64,000 nt of DNA, from NCBI RefSeq assembly GCF_009914755.1, contig NC_060927.1; one strand, 5' to 3'. The translations under genes were made by a program, and so were the position numbers. Origin of the DNA: the human T2T-CHM13v2.0 reference genome, Homo sapiens. Under the pieces are notes generated by a model. That model was not told where the DNA came from, searched no databases, and saw nothing but the letters and a program-made list of their open reading frames with translations. Positions 1 through 13,812 of the stretch are shown here, one piece after another (position 1 is the stretch's first letter; the number at the start of each line of letters is the position of its first letter).

Positions 1-264
1 TATAAACAATCTTTTAATGAAACTAATTTGTCTAAGACCAGCTACTTGCAGCTGGATGGCATCTTGAGAGAAACCAGGTTAGTGACCCCGGCAAGTAGGG
101 ATCCTCTTTGATTCATGGCATAGCTTCTAAAGAAAAAGGGTTTTGGAAGTGTGTGGTTATTTCCATTTTAATTTTACTCAGTAAATACAGAACATTAACT
201 GCAAGACTTCTTACAGGCAATTCACTTCCCTCCTACTGAGCTTCCTGCAAAATGTCATGCCTAC

Positions 265-440
265 TGCTCTTTTCTTAAAATTCGATATTCTGTTCATCAT
301 GGGTTTTTGCATTAATTTTGATATTTTTAAAGCACTGAATTAAAATATCATTTTTCTTGGCTACTGATGTTTTGTACCCCCTTAAATTTTGCACCCAGGG
401 TTAATGCCTTGCCTGTCTTACTTTAATGAGACTCCCAGTG
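265..440 (-). mobile_element. MER96B-like hAT DNA transposon fragment
   Basis: Reverse complement resembles the MER96B terminus as I recall it (gcaaaatttaaggggg..aaaa..tcagtag.caagaaaaatgatattttaa..tcaaaattaatgcaaaaa.ccatgatgaaca). Confidence 0.65.
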
Positions 441-625
441 TCCCTTTTTTTAGCCCTTCCTACTTTGCTATGGTCTCTTATGCAGCTGATAGAGCATCGT
501 TCCCGTTGTTCCTGTAAGGGGTGTTTTATTTTATATATTTACTCATTAATTTTTTTAATGCTGAACAACTATTTGGAGACCGCTGCTCTTCTGGCTTTAT
601 CTAAATCATCTGCAGCTACATGAAT

Positions 626-627
626 TG

Positions 628-657
<30 letters not shown>
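626..657. repeat. (TTTTG)n microsatellite
   Basis: Direct reading: tgttttgttttgttttgttttgttttt. Confidence 0.9.
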
Positions 658-658
<1 letters not shown>

Positions 659-1199
659 GCTACATCTTCCTGGTAACAGAATATCACTGATCTTCATCAC
701 CTTTGGCTGTTTTTCTTCGTGCATATAATTTTGGGTTACATCCTCATTTAGTTTACGATAGTGTTTGTGTTTGTCTCTTCATCTTTGGAGGGTGCTCTTT
801 TAGTGGAGAATATAGCAGAAACGTCATGACGGCATCTTAAAATATGAGTGATAATTTACTTCTTTGGTTCACCTTAGTTATTTTCTCAATATTTCTTTCA
901 TCTGCACAAGAAAGTACATACCATGAATGTGAAAATGTTTTTTAATATCAATTAAAATTAAATTTAATAAGTGGCTTGAAAATATAAAGTTTAACTCTGT
1001 AAAAATATATTTTGATTGTTGATTATTGCTTTTAAAACTTGTATTTCATGATTGTAATAGCAGATCAAATAATTCAACACGAGTAGTACAGAAGAAATGA
1101 TTGTTGCTGTTTTGACATTAGGGCATTATGACTTTAGGACATCATGTTTATTAAAGTATTAAAATGTTGACACTGTCATTCATTTTATCAACTGGTATC

Positions 1200-1506
1200 T
1201 TTTTTTTTTTTTTTTTGAGACGGAGTCTCACTCTGTCCCCCAGGCTGGAGTGCAGTGGAGCGATCTCTGCTCACTGCAAACTGCAAGCTCCGCCTCCTGG
1301 GTTCACGCCATTCTACTGCCTCAGCCTCCTGAGTAGCTGCGACTACAGGTGCCCGCCACCATGCCCGGATAATTTTTTTGTATTTTTAGTAGAGACGGGG
1401 TTTCACCACGTTAGCCAGGATGGTCTCCATCTCCTGACCTCGTGATCCGCCCTCCTCGGCCTCCCAAAGTGCTAGGATTACAGGCGTGAGCCACCGCGCC
1501 CGGCCT
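1200..1506 (-). mobile_element. AluY
   Basis: Poly-T head, full dimer ending gcccggcc; AluY-type motifs gcaagctccgcc, gttcacgccattct, ttagccaggatggtctc; CpG-rich; TSD gtatcttttt on both sides. Confidence 0.92.
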
Positions 1507-2799
1507 GTATCTTTTTAACTATAAACATAAACATTTCTTAGCACTTGGTCACAGGGTGGTCATGTGATACAGAGTGTGTGTTTATTAAAATGAGTATCTC
1601 CAGACAATCAGTTCTCCTACAGTACTTGTGAAACTTTAAAAATAAAGACCCAGCTTGAGAAATCATACTGTATCCCACTGCTTCTTTAAGCAATGTCTTA
1701 ACATATCTAGCAGTGCCAGGACATCAGAGATGCTAATGGAGTATTTTATTTTAGATAAAGAAACAACTATATTAAAAATACTCATCTCTAAAATGAGATC
1801 ATTTTGGGGACATATTTGAAACTGGTAAAAGAGGCAGTTGTGTATCAGCAAAAGAGAGAAGTAGATTTCTAACAGTCATCCTATAAAAGTTGAGGATAAT
1901 CAAGGCAAACATGAAAGAGAATATTAGGAGCCATAATAGAGAAGATATATGTAGTCCTCATTGTCTGGGCGTCTGTGGCATGAGATAAGAGAAAAGTATG
2001 AAATTATGTCTATAGGAAATGTAGCTAATGCAGGAATGATTGTAATTTTCTTCAAGAATATTTTCAGGGATATGGACACCTGGGTCAGTAGTCTCATCCT
2101 TCCTCATGTTGTGACTCACATAGAACATAATATTTGTATGGCACAATGAGGTAAAGAAACAAGGTCATGTGAACAAAGGTGACCATTGTTTAAGTCTATT
2201 TATCAAATTCCCATCTTGAGATAAAAGAGCTCAAGTGACTCAAATGTCAATATACTTATAAAACTATTTGTGATACAATATAGAGTATCTGCTGAGAAAT
2301 TCTGAATTAAAGCTATTCATGAGAGGCAGCTCCATCAGTGAGAAAATCTACCAAATTTCTTTTAGGTAAAACACAGGAGTAAAACATTATTGAGCAGATT
2401 ACAAATTCACAACAGGAAACACACAACTTAGCATTTTGAGCTTTTATTCTTGCTTGAGGACTCTGAACTGATATAATCAATACAGACTTCCCAAGCTATT
2501 GTAGGAAAGGACTCATCTTTTATGTCTTAGGAACAATCTATTAAGATAGTGCCAAAGAAGAATGCAATAGAAAAACCAAAAAGAAGGGCACATCATTTAT
2601 TATTTTTGCTTGCTATAAATAGGATCAAAATCATCATATGTATTTTAAAAATATATGTACATATATATATATATTTGCATGCAAAAACAAAATATATGTT
2701 TTGACAGATTATTGACCGGAGACATAAATAATATTATGACCTGGTATTAACGAACATACCAGAAAATAGCAACAACCCAAAAAAATGTTCACAAAGACA

Positions 2800-4270
2800 A
2801 AAATGAAATGATTGTCTCTGCAGAAAACCTCCTTTAAAAATTTGCAAACAATACTTCTGGGATTAACAAGTGATCATAGAAAGGTTACAAGATATAAGAT
2901 TAATATACAAAAGCCAATTGTTTCCTACACCCTAATAATGAACAAATGTAGTTCTAAATTAAAAACACGATACCATTTATGTTAGCACCAACAAATGAAA
3001 TATTTAGGTATAATCCAGTAAAATATGCATAATATCTATATAAGAAAAATGACAAAAATCTGATGAGAGAAATCAAAGATCTAAATAGATGAAGAAATAG
3101 TCCATGTGCAAGGAAAGGAGTGTTAATATTGTTAAGATGTCAGTTCTTAACAACTTGATCTATAGATTTAATGCAATCCCAATACAAATCCCAGCAAGCT
3201 ATTTTTTTTTTGCATATCAGCAAACCGATTCTAAAGTTTATAGGAAAAGGCAAAAAAAAAAAAACCACACAGAATAACCAAGGTTAAGAGCTTATAAAAT
3301 TTAATAACAAAATAATAAACCAATTAGAATATTGGTAAAAGATATAAGCAGGTACCTCACCAAAGAAGATATAAAGATAGCAAATAAGTATATGAAAACA
3401 TGCCTAAGGTAATATGTCATCAGAGAATTGCAAATCAAAACATTAATGAGATGCCATATACACCTATTGGAATACCAAAAATTCAAAATGCTGACACCAC
3501 CAAATACTGGCAAGAATGGTGAGCAACGAGAACTTTTTCTTTCATTGGTGGTAGAAACAAGAAATTGTACAGACACTTTGAAAGGAAATTTGGCAGTTTC
3601 TTACAAAGCTAAACATACTCAGTATAAAATTCAGCAACTTTTACTTCTTGGAAATTAGCAAAATGAGTAGAAAACTTACATCCACATGAAAACTTCCACA
3701 TTAATATTTACAGCAGCTTTATCTGTAATTGCCAAAACTTGGAAGCAACATCCATTCCTTGGAATATTATTAAGCACTAAAAAGAAATGAGCCATCTAGC
3801 CACAGGAAGACATGGAGGAAGTTTAAATGCATGTTGTTAACTGAAAGAAGCCAATCTTAAAACGCTACATACTGTACAATTCCAACCATGTGATATTCTG
3901 AAAAGGGGAAAACAATGGGAGCAGTAAAAAGATAAGTAACTGCCGATGGGTTTGAAGCAAGAGAGGGAGGAATGAATAGGTAGAGTGCAGGAAATGATTT
4001 TAGGGCAGTGAAATGATTCTGTATGATATTATAATGATGGATATATATCATTATACATTTTTCAAAACCCATAAAATGTACAACACAATGAGTAAACTCT
4101 AATCAAACTAGAAACTTAAGTTAATAATAACGATTCAGTACCAGTTTATTACTTTTAACAAATGCAAGATGTTAATAAGGGAAACTGGGGAGGGAGTGTA
4201 TGGAAACTCTGTATTTTCTGCTCAGTTTTTCTCTGAATCTAAAATAACTCTAGCAAACTACATTGATGAA
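2800..4270 (+). mobile_element. Old LINE-1 (L1MC-type, about L1MC2): ORF2 3' part and 3' UTR
   Basis: ORF2-like atgattgtctctgcagaaaacc..gatataagattaatatacaaaag; 3' UTR motifs gaagacatggaggaa..gaaagaagccaatc..gctacatactgta; A-rich end. Confidence 0.8.
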
Positions 4271-4949
4271 AAACAAAACAACAAAATAAAATCAAAACAA
4301 CAAACAACAAAAATTTCATAAAGGGAAAGACCCAGGCTAAATTTGATGGCCACAGTGTAGTGACCTATGTACCCCCAAAACATTAGGCTAAATATACATC
4401 TGACATCTAAGAACCATTAACTAAAGATTATTGTTATTTTTATTGATGGCTATGATCCTGTTGGGGTCGTTATCTGAAAAATCACCATCAGAATTTAGCA
4501 TTATTTGAGATTTTAATTTACGTAGTGTACGTAAAATTAGAAAGAGTAAAATATTAATTGGCATTATAAATAAGTAATGAAAGTAAATGACTGGAAGTGT
4601 TTTTAAAAATATGGTAAAAAGTTTGAAATAAATATCTTAGATCAAGCAAATAGATCCTATTTAATGAAGGTATAATTAAGTATCAGCTGATGACCAAAAG
4701 CATATCCCTCTTTCTCTCTAATTTGCTTTTGTTATCTCCAGAAAGAATTGTAATCAAATGGCAAACATTGGAAAAATATATTTTGAAGAAATAATTATAC
4801 TCAAGTGCTGATGGGCATGTAGGAAAAAAGCCAATATATAAAAATAATCTAATATTTGCAAGAAAGTTCATTGACTACACATCCAGAAATACAGAAGACT
4901 CTTGCACATATACTTTCAGGACAATAGTTAATGAAAGAAACCACAGAGG

Positions 4950-5360
4950 ATAGTGGAAATGCCAAAATAATGAAGATAAACATTTTTACAATTTTCTAAA
5001 ATGGGAAAATGGGAAATAAGGGGATTGTAAAACTACATGTCAGTTAGCCAAAATGCTTGACACGGGTCTTTGGCAAAATTCTAAAACAGATTACGTAGCA
5101 GATGGTTTGTGAGCATTTAACAAATATGGTGTTGATCAGTAGGCACCAACATGAATTCATGTGGTGCAAATCATACCAAAGTACTTGTCTTTCCGTTATC
5201 ATTGTGGCTATTAAGCCAGTAGACTGGTGGGGTATAGATATAATAATATTCTGAATTCAGCAAAGAATTTTGCAAAAGATTTATATCAAAATTTTATGTG
5301 TGATTTTCTAAAATGGTGCCAGCATGGAATTACTATTACATGGGATATTTTATCAGTGAA
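4950..5360 (+). mobile_element. CR1/L3 LINE reverse-transcriptase relic
   Basis: ggcaaaattctaaaacagatta..cagatggtttgtgagcattta..tgatcagtaggcaccaacatgaattc..ctgaattcagcaaag matches the L3 RT region as I recall it. Confidence 0.7.
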
Positions 5361-5391
5361 TAACTCTAGCTAATTCTTGGTATAAATTGCT

Positions 5392-5520
5392 GTAATAGTT
5401 CTCAATATATATTGTGTATCAGAAACATTGGTGGAACATTTTTTAAAGACATGTGCTTAAATCTAGGCCTTACCTCAGATATCATGATTTAGTAAGTCTA
5501 GTTATACCTAGGTTATTTAA
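5392..5520. mobile_element. MER5-like hAT fragment
   Basis: agttctcaa..tgtgtatcagaa..ggccttacctcaga..gatttagtaagtct. Confidence 0.45.
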
Positions 5521-5799
5521 AATAATAACTTATGAAATAATGTAATGCAATTGTTTTTTACAACTTAAACTAAGAAATTAATATTATTTATAATCATTTA
5601 GTTTTGGGGCTTTATTTTTCATAACTGACTTTACTGTATAAAATATTACATGAGGCTTTATACTGGTGCCTTTTCATTTATAATTCAAAGCATGAAATAG
5701 TGTATTTCCATTTTTATATGAAACTTGATTTCCCACTTTAAAAAATATTTCAGCACGATATATAGAATAACTCTTTAAAACGTAAGTAATATATGATAA

Positions 5800-6172
5800 G
5801 TCTTCTATAAAACCTTCAAAGACTTCACTTCTCATTAGAGTAATTACTTAACCAACAAGGTTCAATATAGTTGATCTCCCCATTACCTCTCTGACCTCAC
5901 CACCTCACTTTCTCCCTCATTCATTTTATTTTAGCCATACAGGCCCGTATGTTGTTCTCCAAACAAGCCAGCAATGCTATCACCTCAGCACCTTTGCATT
6001 TCCTGTCTCTGTTCCCCAGATTTCTACACCGAATTCTTCATCTGTTATTTATTTAACTAATTTTCTGCTTCCTGCACAGAGATTTCTGTTTATTTTGTTC
6101 ATTGTTATATCCCCAGAGACTTCACAGTGCCTGGCATATGCTAGGTGAAACATACATCAATGAGTGAATATA
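5800..6172 (+). mobile_element. L2 3' end
   Basis: cctctctgacctcacc..cctcagcacctttgca..ttgttcattgttatatcccca..cacagtgcctggcata..tgagtgaat tail. Confidence 0.75.
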
Positions 6173-6574
6173 TAAATAACTAAGTTTTCTCTGCCCTTAT
6201 ACATTCTAAAATATAATCATTGTTTATATTAAAATGGAATATTGATTATAAGTTATTGTTTTAGGACTACATAAGACTACCACTATAATTCATGTTCCCT
6301 TCCTCATAAAACATATTTAATGATAGTAAATTTGACATTAGTAATACAAATACTTACAAAGACAACATATCTTAGTCATTTTATCACTTTACTTAAAATT
6401 CTGCCATTTTCTTTTCTAATTTACCTGTATCTTTACTATGTTTGAAAGCATATTAACACAAATTTACTTGATGATTTCTGAAAAAAAAAGTTACATTTGC
6501 CTCTTCCATGTCATACAGTTGTCAGTAATATTTAACATTTTAAAGAGTGTCCAAAATCTGTTCTATATTTTCAA

Positions 6575-7985
<1,411 letters not shown>

Positions 7986-8267
7986 AATATTCAATATACA
8001 ACAATGTGATTACCTAACGCTCTGGTTAGATGATTAACATGTTTAAAACTTTTCAAGAAGCTTTCACTTATTTAAATTTTGACAGAATTTCCTTATAAAA
8101 CTGATTATGAGAGATCACTTTGTTTTTATTGATAATAGAATTTTGGTGGCTTTCACTTTCTCTCCCCTCTTGTCAGGAGTCTGAATCTTACCATACAGTT
8201 CTGAAGAGTTCTATATAGAAGCACTATACTTTGCCCTTACGAAGTTGCAATCCAAACACACCTGAGT

Positions 8268-8419
8268 CAGTCTAGGTGGGTACCCAACCTAAACGAAACA
8301 GTCTAGGTGGGTACCCAACCTAAATGAAACAGTCTAGATGGGTACCCAACCTAAACGAATCAGTCTAGGTGGGTACCCAACCTAAACGAATCAGTCTAGC
8401 TGGGTACCCAACCTAAACG
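8268..8419. repeat. 31-bp minisatellite, about 4.9 copies, palindromic unit
   Basis: Unit cagtctaggtgggtacccaacctaaacgaa(a/t) starts at 8268, 8299, 8330, 8361 and 8392. Confidence 0.97.
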
Positions 8420-9647
8420 CTGAAAAATTTGTATTCCGGCTGCACAATTCCGCTGTTCCTCAGAGTCACTTAATGTAATCCATCATCTATTTCTTCTGAA
8501 GGATTTGAATACATGACAAGTTTGGCTGAAGATGTGAGAAATGGAATAAAATAAGCGTGATGCTTGAAGCTGTAGAAATACGGAAAAGCAGAAGCTGTAA
8601 TATGGCAAACTGAGTTGTGTTTAATAATGTACTATGAAGAATATGGATATAGAGAGAATCGTAGATGGGAAATCTGAATCATGAACCTGGAAAAATCTTC
8701 AATAACTAACAGATTGTCTGAAATACTGCCTAGTAGTTCAACAAGAGCTAAGTTTGTGTTCTAAAGGGGAAAAAATCAATGCTGCCTTGGCCATGAAGCC
8801 TACGTAGATGATTTCTGGTTCCCTTTCCTTTCTCACGAACCCATAAATTAAATATCATAACCTCAAATAATTTAGCGTATGTTTTACATAAAAAGATGTA
8901 TAAATAATATACTTTATTTTTATTATCATTGCCTTTTTCCTTTTAACTGTAAATAAATATCAAAATTATTTTTATATAATAAAATAATATCCATTCCTCA
9001 AAAAAACTTTGAAAATATATCATTTTATTAACTCCAAAAATGCCATATAGACTATTTTTAAATCTTCTTATCCTTTGGATTTTTTCTGAGCTTACTGAAA
9101 TCCTGAGTCTTCATTTTAACTTTGATTATTTTCATTATTTTCTGTTTTTAAAGATATCTTTCAACATTATTAAAATTTCTGGCTACTCTAATAATAATTA
9201 TATTAAAACATATTTTTCATAATTATATTAAAACATTAATAATTATATTTAAAACATTCTTATCTAAGTTTCTATTTTCAATTTGTGGAAATTTTTAGTC
9301 AAATGTAATTTCTGTTACGATGACACAATTTATTTAACTACCATTATCTTTTAACATGAACCTTTAAAACAGAAAAATGTGCATTTCTTCTTTCATTATG
9401 GCTTTTGTCACACAAATTCGCATGGTATCTTAAATCTTATGGGGAACTAAAAATACTTAATTTTTGTTTTTTGTAATATTAGGTAAATATCAAATAGTTA
9501 TAGTTTAGTTTGTGTTTGTGTATTTCTCCTTCGACTCTGGTTTATTGCAGATATGTGGTAAAGTGTTGGTCTGATTCTTGATTTTACATGACTTTCTACA
9601 TTTTTAATGCCTGAATGTGAAACACTTTTTTCAAATAAAATCTTGCT

Positions 9648-9980
9648 GGGATGGGGCGCAGTGGCTGATTCCTGTAATCGCAACGCTTTGGGAGACCCAG
9701 CGGGAGGATCATTTGAGCCCGGGAGTTGGAGATCAGCCTAGGCCACATAGAGACTTCGTCTCTAATAACAGATACAAAAAACAGCCCAGTGCGGTGGCTT
9801 GCACCTATAGGCCCAGCTACTAGGGAGGCTGAGGTGGGAGGATTACCTGAGCCCAGGAGTTCCAGGCTGCAGTGAGCCAAGGTCACACCACTGCACTCCA
9901 ACCTAAGTGACAGAGGAAGACCCTGTCTCACAAAAACAACAACAACAAACAAAAACAAAACAACAACAACAACAAAAAAA
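9648..9980 (+). mobile_element. AluJ with (CAA)n tail
   Basis: gggaggatcatttgagccc and gggaggattacctgagcccaggagttccaggctgcagtgag are J-type motifs. Confidence 0.9.
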
Positions 9981-10159
9981 CATTACCAGGAAGACTAATA
10001 TATTATTAATTAATACTTAATTGTTCTTTAAGTTCTATCCACTCAGACTGTTTCTTTCCTTTCCATAGTTGTTCCTTGGCACTTTAGAATTTCTTATAAA
10101 ACAAATTGAAAATCATAGTTTTGGAATAACTTTTAAATCATTCCATTTTACCATAGAGC

Positions 10160-10380
10160 TGCAGCTCTCAAACTCCTGTGCTCAAGTGTTTGTCCTCAGC
10201 CCTGAGTTATCTGGAAATATCTAGATAATTTTAATTGCTGTAACTGGCATGAGGTGTTCTGGTATGTAGAATGTAGAGGTTAGAGATGCAGTTAAACATC
10301 CTACAGCGTATAGGACAGCACCCCACTACAATAATTATCTGATCTCAAATGTCAAAAGTACCATTGTTGAGAAATGTTGT
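10160..10380 (+). mobile_element. MER20 (hAT-Charlie)
   Basis: gtagaggttagagatgcagttaaacatcctaca..aggacagcacccc..aattatctgatctcaaatgtcaa..gttgagaaa. Confidence 0.8.
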
Positions 10381-10659
10381 GAAGGAGATTTATTCTGAAT
10401 AAGTATTCATTCCACCAACAATATTCATACTCTTGTGGGTGATGATGCTTTGTTATGACCATATCATGAATACAAAATTATAAACCAATATGAGAAATTG
10501 TTTACATGTTACTCTTTAGTTCTCAGCTACGATAAGCAAGTACATCTTTAACCCATATTTCTCAAGCAACACTGACTGGAGGTGAAAAATTAAAAAGTGG
10601 GTCAAATCTCAAATAAATCATGTTGACTTTTACTCTTAAACCTGCTCATAACACATTTT

Positions 10660-11138
10660 TTTTGCAACACAGTAAATAGCACCAACAATCTTCCAGTTGT
10701 TTAGACCAAAATTTTAGCCATCATTTATCTTTCAGTGCTTTCTTTCTCTCACATGACACATCTCATCTAATCACAAATTCTGTTTTATGTCTGTGTGTGC
10801 ATGTGTGTATGGTTTGTATGAATACATACAAACAAAATTGTTAGAAGTGATCAGCTTTCTGTGTAGAATACGTATTTATATTTATAATCAAACCTTACCA
10901 CTTTTACTCATTTCCAGTCTTACCATCCCAGAACAAGCCATCTGGATTATAACAGCAGCTTCCAAGTTGAAAAATAATTTCTGTACTGATTCTTTTGACA
11001 CTCTCTTCCTTCTTCCCACTCAAGTGACTTTGTCATACATTATTTCAAATGACACTTTAAGGTTGAAATAAGACATGTTTTTGTTTCCAAAATCCCTTCA
11101 GTATATTCTCATCACAGACAACATGAAAGACAAAGGTA
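10660..11138 (+). mobile_element. L2 fragment (upstream part of an interrupted L2)
   Basis: agtaaatagcaccaacaatcttccagttg..ctggattataacagcagcttcc..aaaatcccttcagt. Confidence 0.6.
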
Positions 11139-11697
11139 ACACCTTACCAAAGATGATGTACAGATGGCAAATAAGCATATAAAAGGATGTTCAACATTAT
11201 ATGTCAATTCAGAATTGCAAATCAAAACCACAATTGATTTTACTGCACCTATATAAGAATGGCAAAATTCAAAATGCTGCCAAGAGAAAACGTTGGTAAG
11301 GATGTAGAGAAACAGGAAATCTTAGTTTCTGGTGGGAATGACAAATTGTACATCCATGTTCAGAAACAGTTGGTAGTTTCTTACAAATTTAAACATATTC
11401 ACCATACAATCTAGAAATCACACTCCTTGACATTTATGCAAATTAGTTGAAACTTATGTCCACACACAAAAAAACCTGCACATAACTGTTTTTTAGCAGC
11501 TTTATTTATAAAACTTTTGAAAGCTGGAAGCAACCAAGATACCCTTCAATAAGTGAATAGATGAATGAACTGTGATACATCCAAACAATGGAATATTATT
11601 TAGTTCTAAAAAGAAATGAGTTTTCAAGTTAAGAGAAGACATAGACAAACCTTAAATGTATTTCTAAGTGAAATAATCCAATCTGAAAAGGCGACAT

Positions 11698-12402
11698 TGC
11701 ATTACAGGTTGAGTATCCCTTATCTAAATGCTTGGAACCAGACATATTTTAGATTTCACACATTTTTGGATTTGGGAATATTTTCATATACATAGTGAAC
11801 TATCTTGGAGAAGGGACTCAATTCTAAACATATTTATTTATGTTTCATATACACCTTACACCAATATGCTGAAAGTCATTTTATTCAATACTTTAAATCA
11901 TTTTGCACATGAAGCAAAGTTTGTGTTAAGTGCTTATGTGTGGAAGTTTCCACTTGTGGTGCCGTGTCAGCTCTCAAAAAGTTTCAGATTTTGAAGCATT
12001 TTGGATTTCACATATTCAGATTAGAGATGCTCCATTTGAAGTCTGCTAGGGCTGCCACAACAAAATACCACCAACTGGGTGGCTTAAACAACAAGTTTAT
12101 TTCACAGCTATGGAGGCTGGAAGTCCAAGGTGTTGGCAGGTTTAGTTACTCCTGAGCACCCACTCCTTGAATGGCAGATGGTACCTTCTCACTTTGTCCT
12201 TACCCTTTTCTCTGTGTGTGCACATCCCTGGTGTATCTTTCTCTTCTTATAAGCCCACCAGTCATACTGAATTAGGTCCCCACACTTATAACTCTATTTA
12301 AGCCCAATTACCTACTTAAAGGACCTGCTTCCAAATACAGTCATATTGGGGGTTAGGGCTTCGATGTCTGAATTTCGGCAAGACACAGTTTAGTCCATTG
12401 CA
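11698..12402 (-). mobile_element. MLT1A/A0-like MaLR LTR (split by Tigger4)
   Basis: tgcatta..gtctgctagggctgccacaacaaaataccac..ggaggctggaagtccaag..gacacagtttagtccattgca. Confidence 0.8.
11705..12038. mobile_element. Tigger4b/MER46-like (TcMar-Tigger) element
   Basis: Begins TA|caggttgagtatcccttatc, ends gatgctccatttg (decayed TIR); internal tttatgtttcatatacacctta. Confidence 0.8.
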
Positions 12403-12901
12403 GCTACATACTGTATAATTCCAACTATATGGACTTCTGGAAAAGGCAAAACTTTGGAGACAGCAAACAGTTAGGTGTTTTCCAGGTGTTAGGAAGGAAA
12501 GAATGATGAACAATTGGAGCCCAGAGGCTTTTTAGGGCAGTAAAACAACTCTTTATGATACCGTAATTGTGGGTACATGTCATCATACATTCGTTTAAAC
12601 CCCTGAATAAACAACACCAAAAGTGATCTCCTTTGGAAACTATGAACTTGGAGTGATAGTGATGTGTCACCACATGTTAATTGATTGTGACAAATATATC
12701 ACTCTGATGCAGGATGTTGATAGTATGACATTCTGTGGGTGCAGGGGGACAGGACATATATGGGACTCCATACTTCCCACCCGGTTTTCCTGTGAACCTA
12801 AAACTGCGCTAAAAAATAAAGTCCACTAAAACATAAAGTCCACCAAAAAACTAAAAAATAAAGTCCTTCTCATAAGGACACCAACCAACAAAAAAGCTGC
12901 T

Positions 12902-13380
12902 CCATTAGTTTCCTAAGTTTGCTTTAACAAGATACCACAAATTGGGTGACCCAAAATAATCGAAATTTATTGTCTCATGGGTCTGGTCTAGATGCTAGAA
13001 ATCTGCAGTCAAGGTGTCAGTAGGTCCACGTTCCCTCAGAAACCTATAGGGGAACCCCCCCCCCCACTTTTCTTTTTTCCTGTAACTAGCTTCTGGTTGT
13101 GTGCTGGTAATATTTTGTTTTTCTTGGTTTGCAGCTGCACAATTCCAAGCTCTGCCACCATTGATGCATGGTTCTCCCGTGTGTGGCTCTGTGTCTTCTC
13201 ATGTTCATCTTCTCATAAGGACACCAGTCATGATGGGTTAGGAGTTTGTCCTACTCCGGTATGACCACTTCTTAACCAATTCTATTGCAATGTCACTATT
13301 TACAAACAAGATCACATTCTGGAGTACTTCAGCATATTTTTGGGAGGGTTTGGGAAGAGGTCACATTTCAATCCATAGCA
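12902..13380 (-). mobile_element. MLT1C-like MaLR LTR
   Basis: attagtttccta..ataccacaaattgggtg..tcaaggtgtcag..cttctcataaggacaccagtcat..tcaatccatagca. Confidence 0.8.
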
Positions 13381-13812
13381 GTTAAAATGACTACATGATT
13401 GTTCATGTTCTGGTCTCTGAATTTTTTGGTGTTGGGAGATTTCAGTTTCTGCCTCTCTGCGCCTCCCTCATGGTACTACAGCTGCAGAGGCTGTCTGTTA
13501 TTCACAGGTTTGCAGTCTTCGCAGTTCTGGTTTCCTCTGCTTAGAATACTCTTCACTGGATATATATACGGCTCACTTCTTCATTTTATTCAGATCCTGA
13601 CTCAGATTTAATCGCCTGAAAAACTTCTCTGGCCAGCCTGCTGCCATATCATCCTTCATTTCCCATCATAACACTTCTTGTTGTTTGATATTTGTTTCTT
13701 ATTTAATATACATTGCCTTTCAGGAATGCAGGATAATATTGTACTTCCAATATCTGGAATGGCTTAGCACAGGGTGTGCACACATAGCTATATATTTTGA
13801 ATGAGTGAATGA
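13381..13812 (+). mobile_element. L2 3' end (continuation)
   Basis: tttcctctgcttagaatactctt..ggctcacttcttcatt..ttgaatgagtgaatga tail. Confidence 0.65.

Larger units (their letters stand above)
11140..12866 (+). mobile_element. L1MC1-like 3' end, interrupted by MLT1A and Tigger4
   Basis: cttaccaaagatgatgtacagatggcaaataagc..ccaatctgaaaagg | gctacatactgta..tgtgaacctaaaactgcgctaaaaaataaagtc. Confidence 0.85.

Noticed and set aside
1164-1445. 93-aa ORF, and similar ORFs at 9596-9958, 22424-22864, 33196-33484 and 49340-49564
   Set aside because: Standard Alu-derived translations ([11 protein letters not shown].., [13 protein letters not shown]).
8268-8419. CRISPR array (about 30-bp palindromic repeats, first two followed by gaaac)
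   Set aside because: Units are directly adjacent with no unique spacers, there are no cas genes, and the context is primate DNA; it is a minisatellite.
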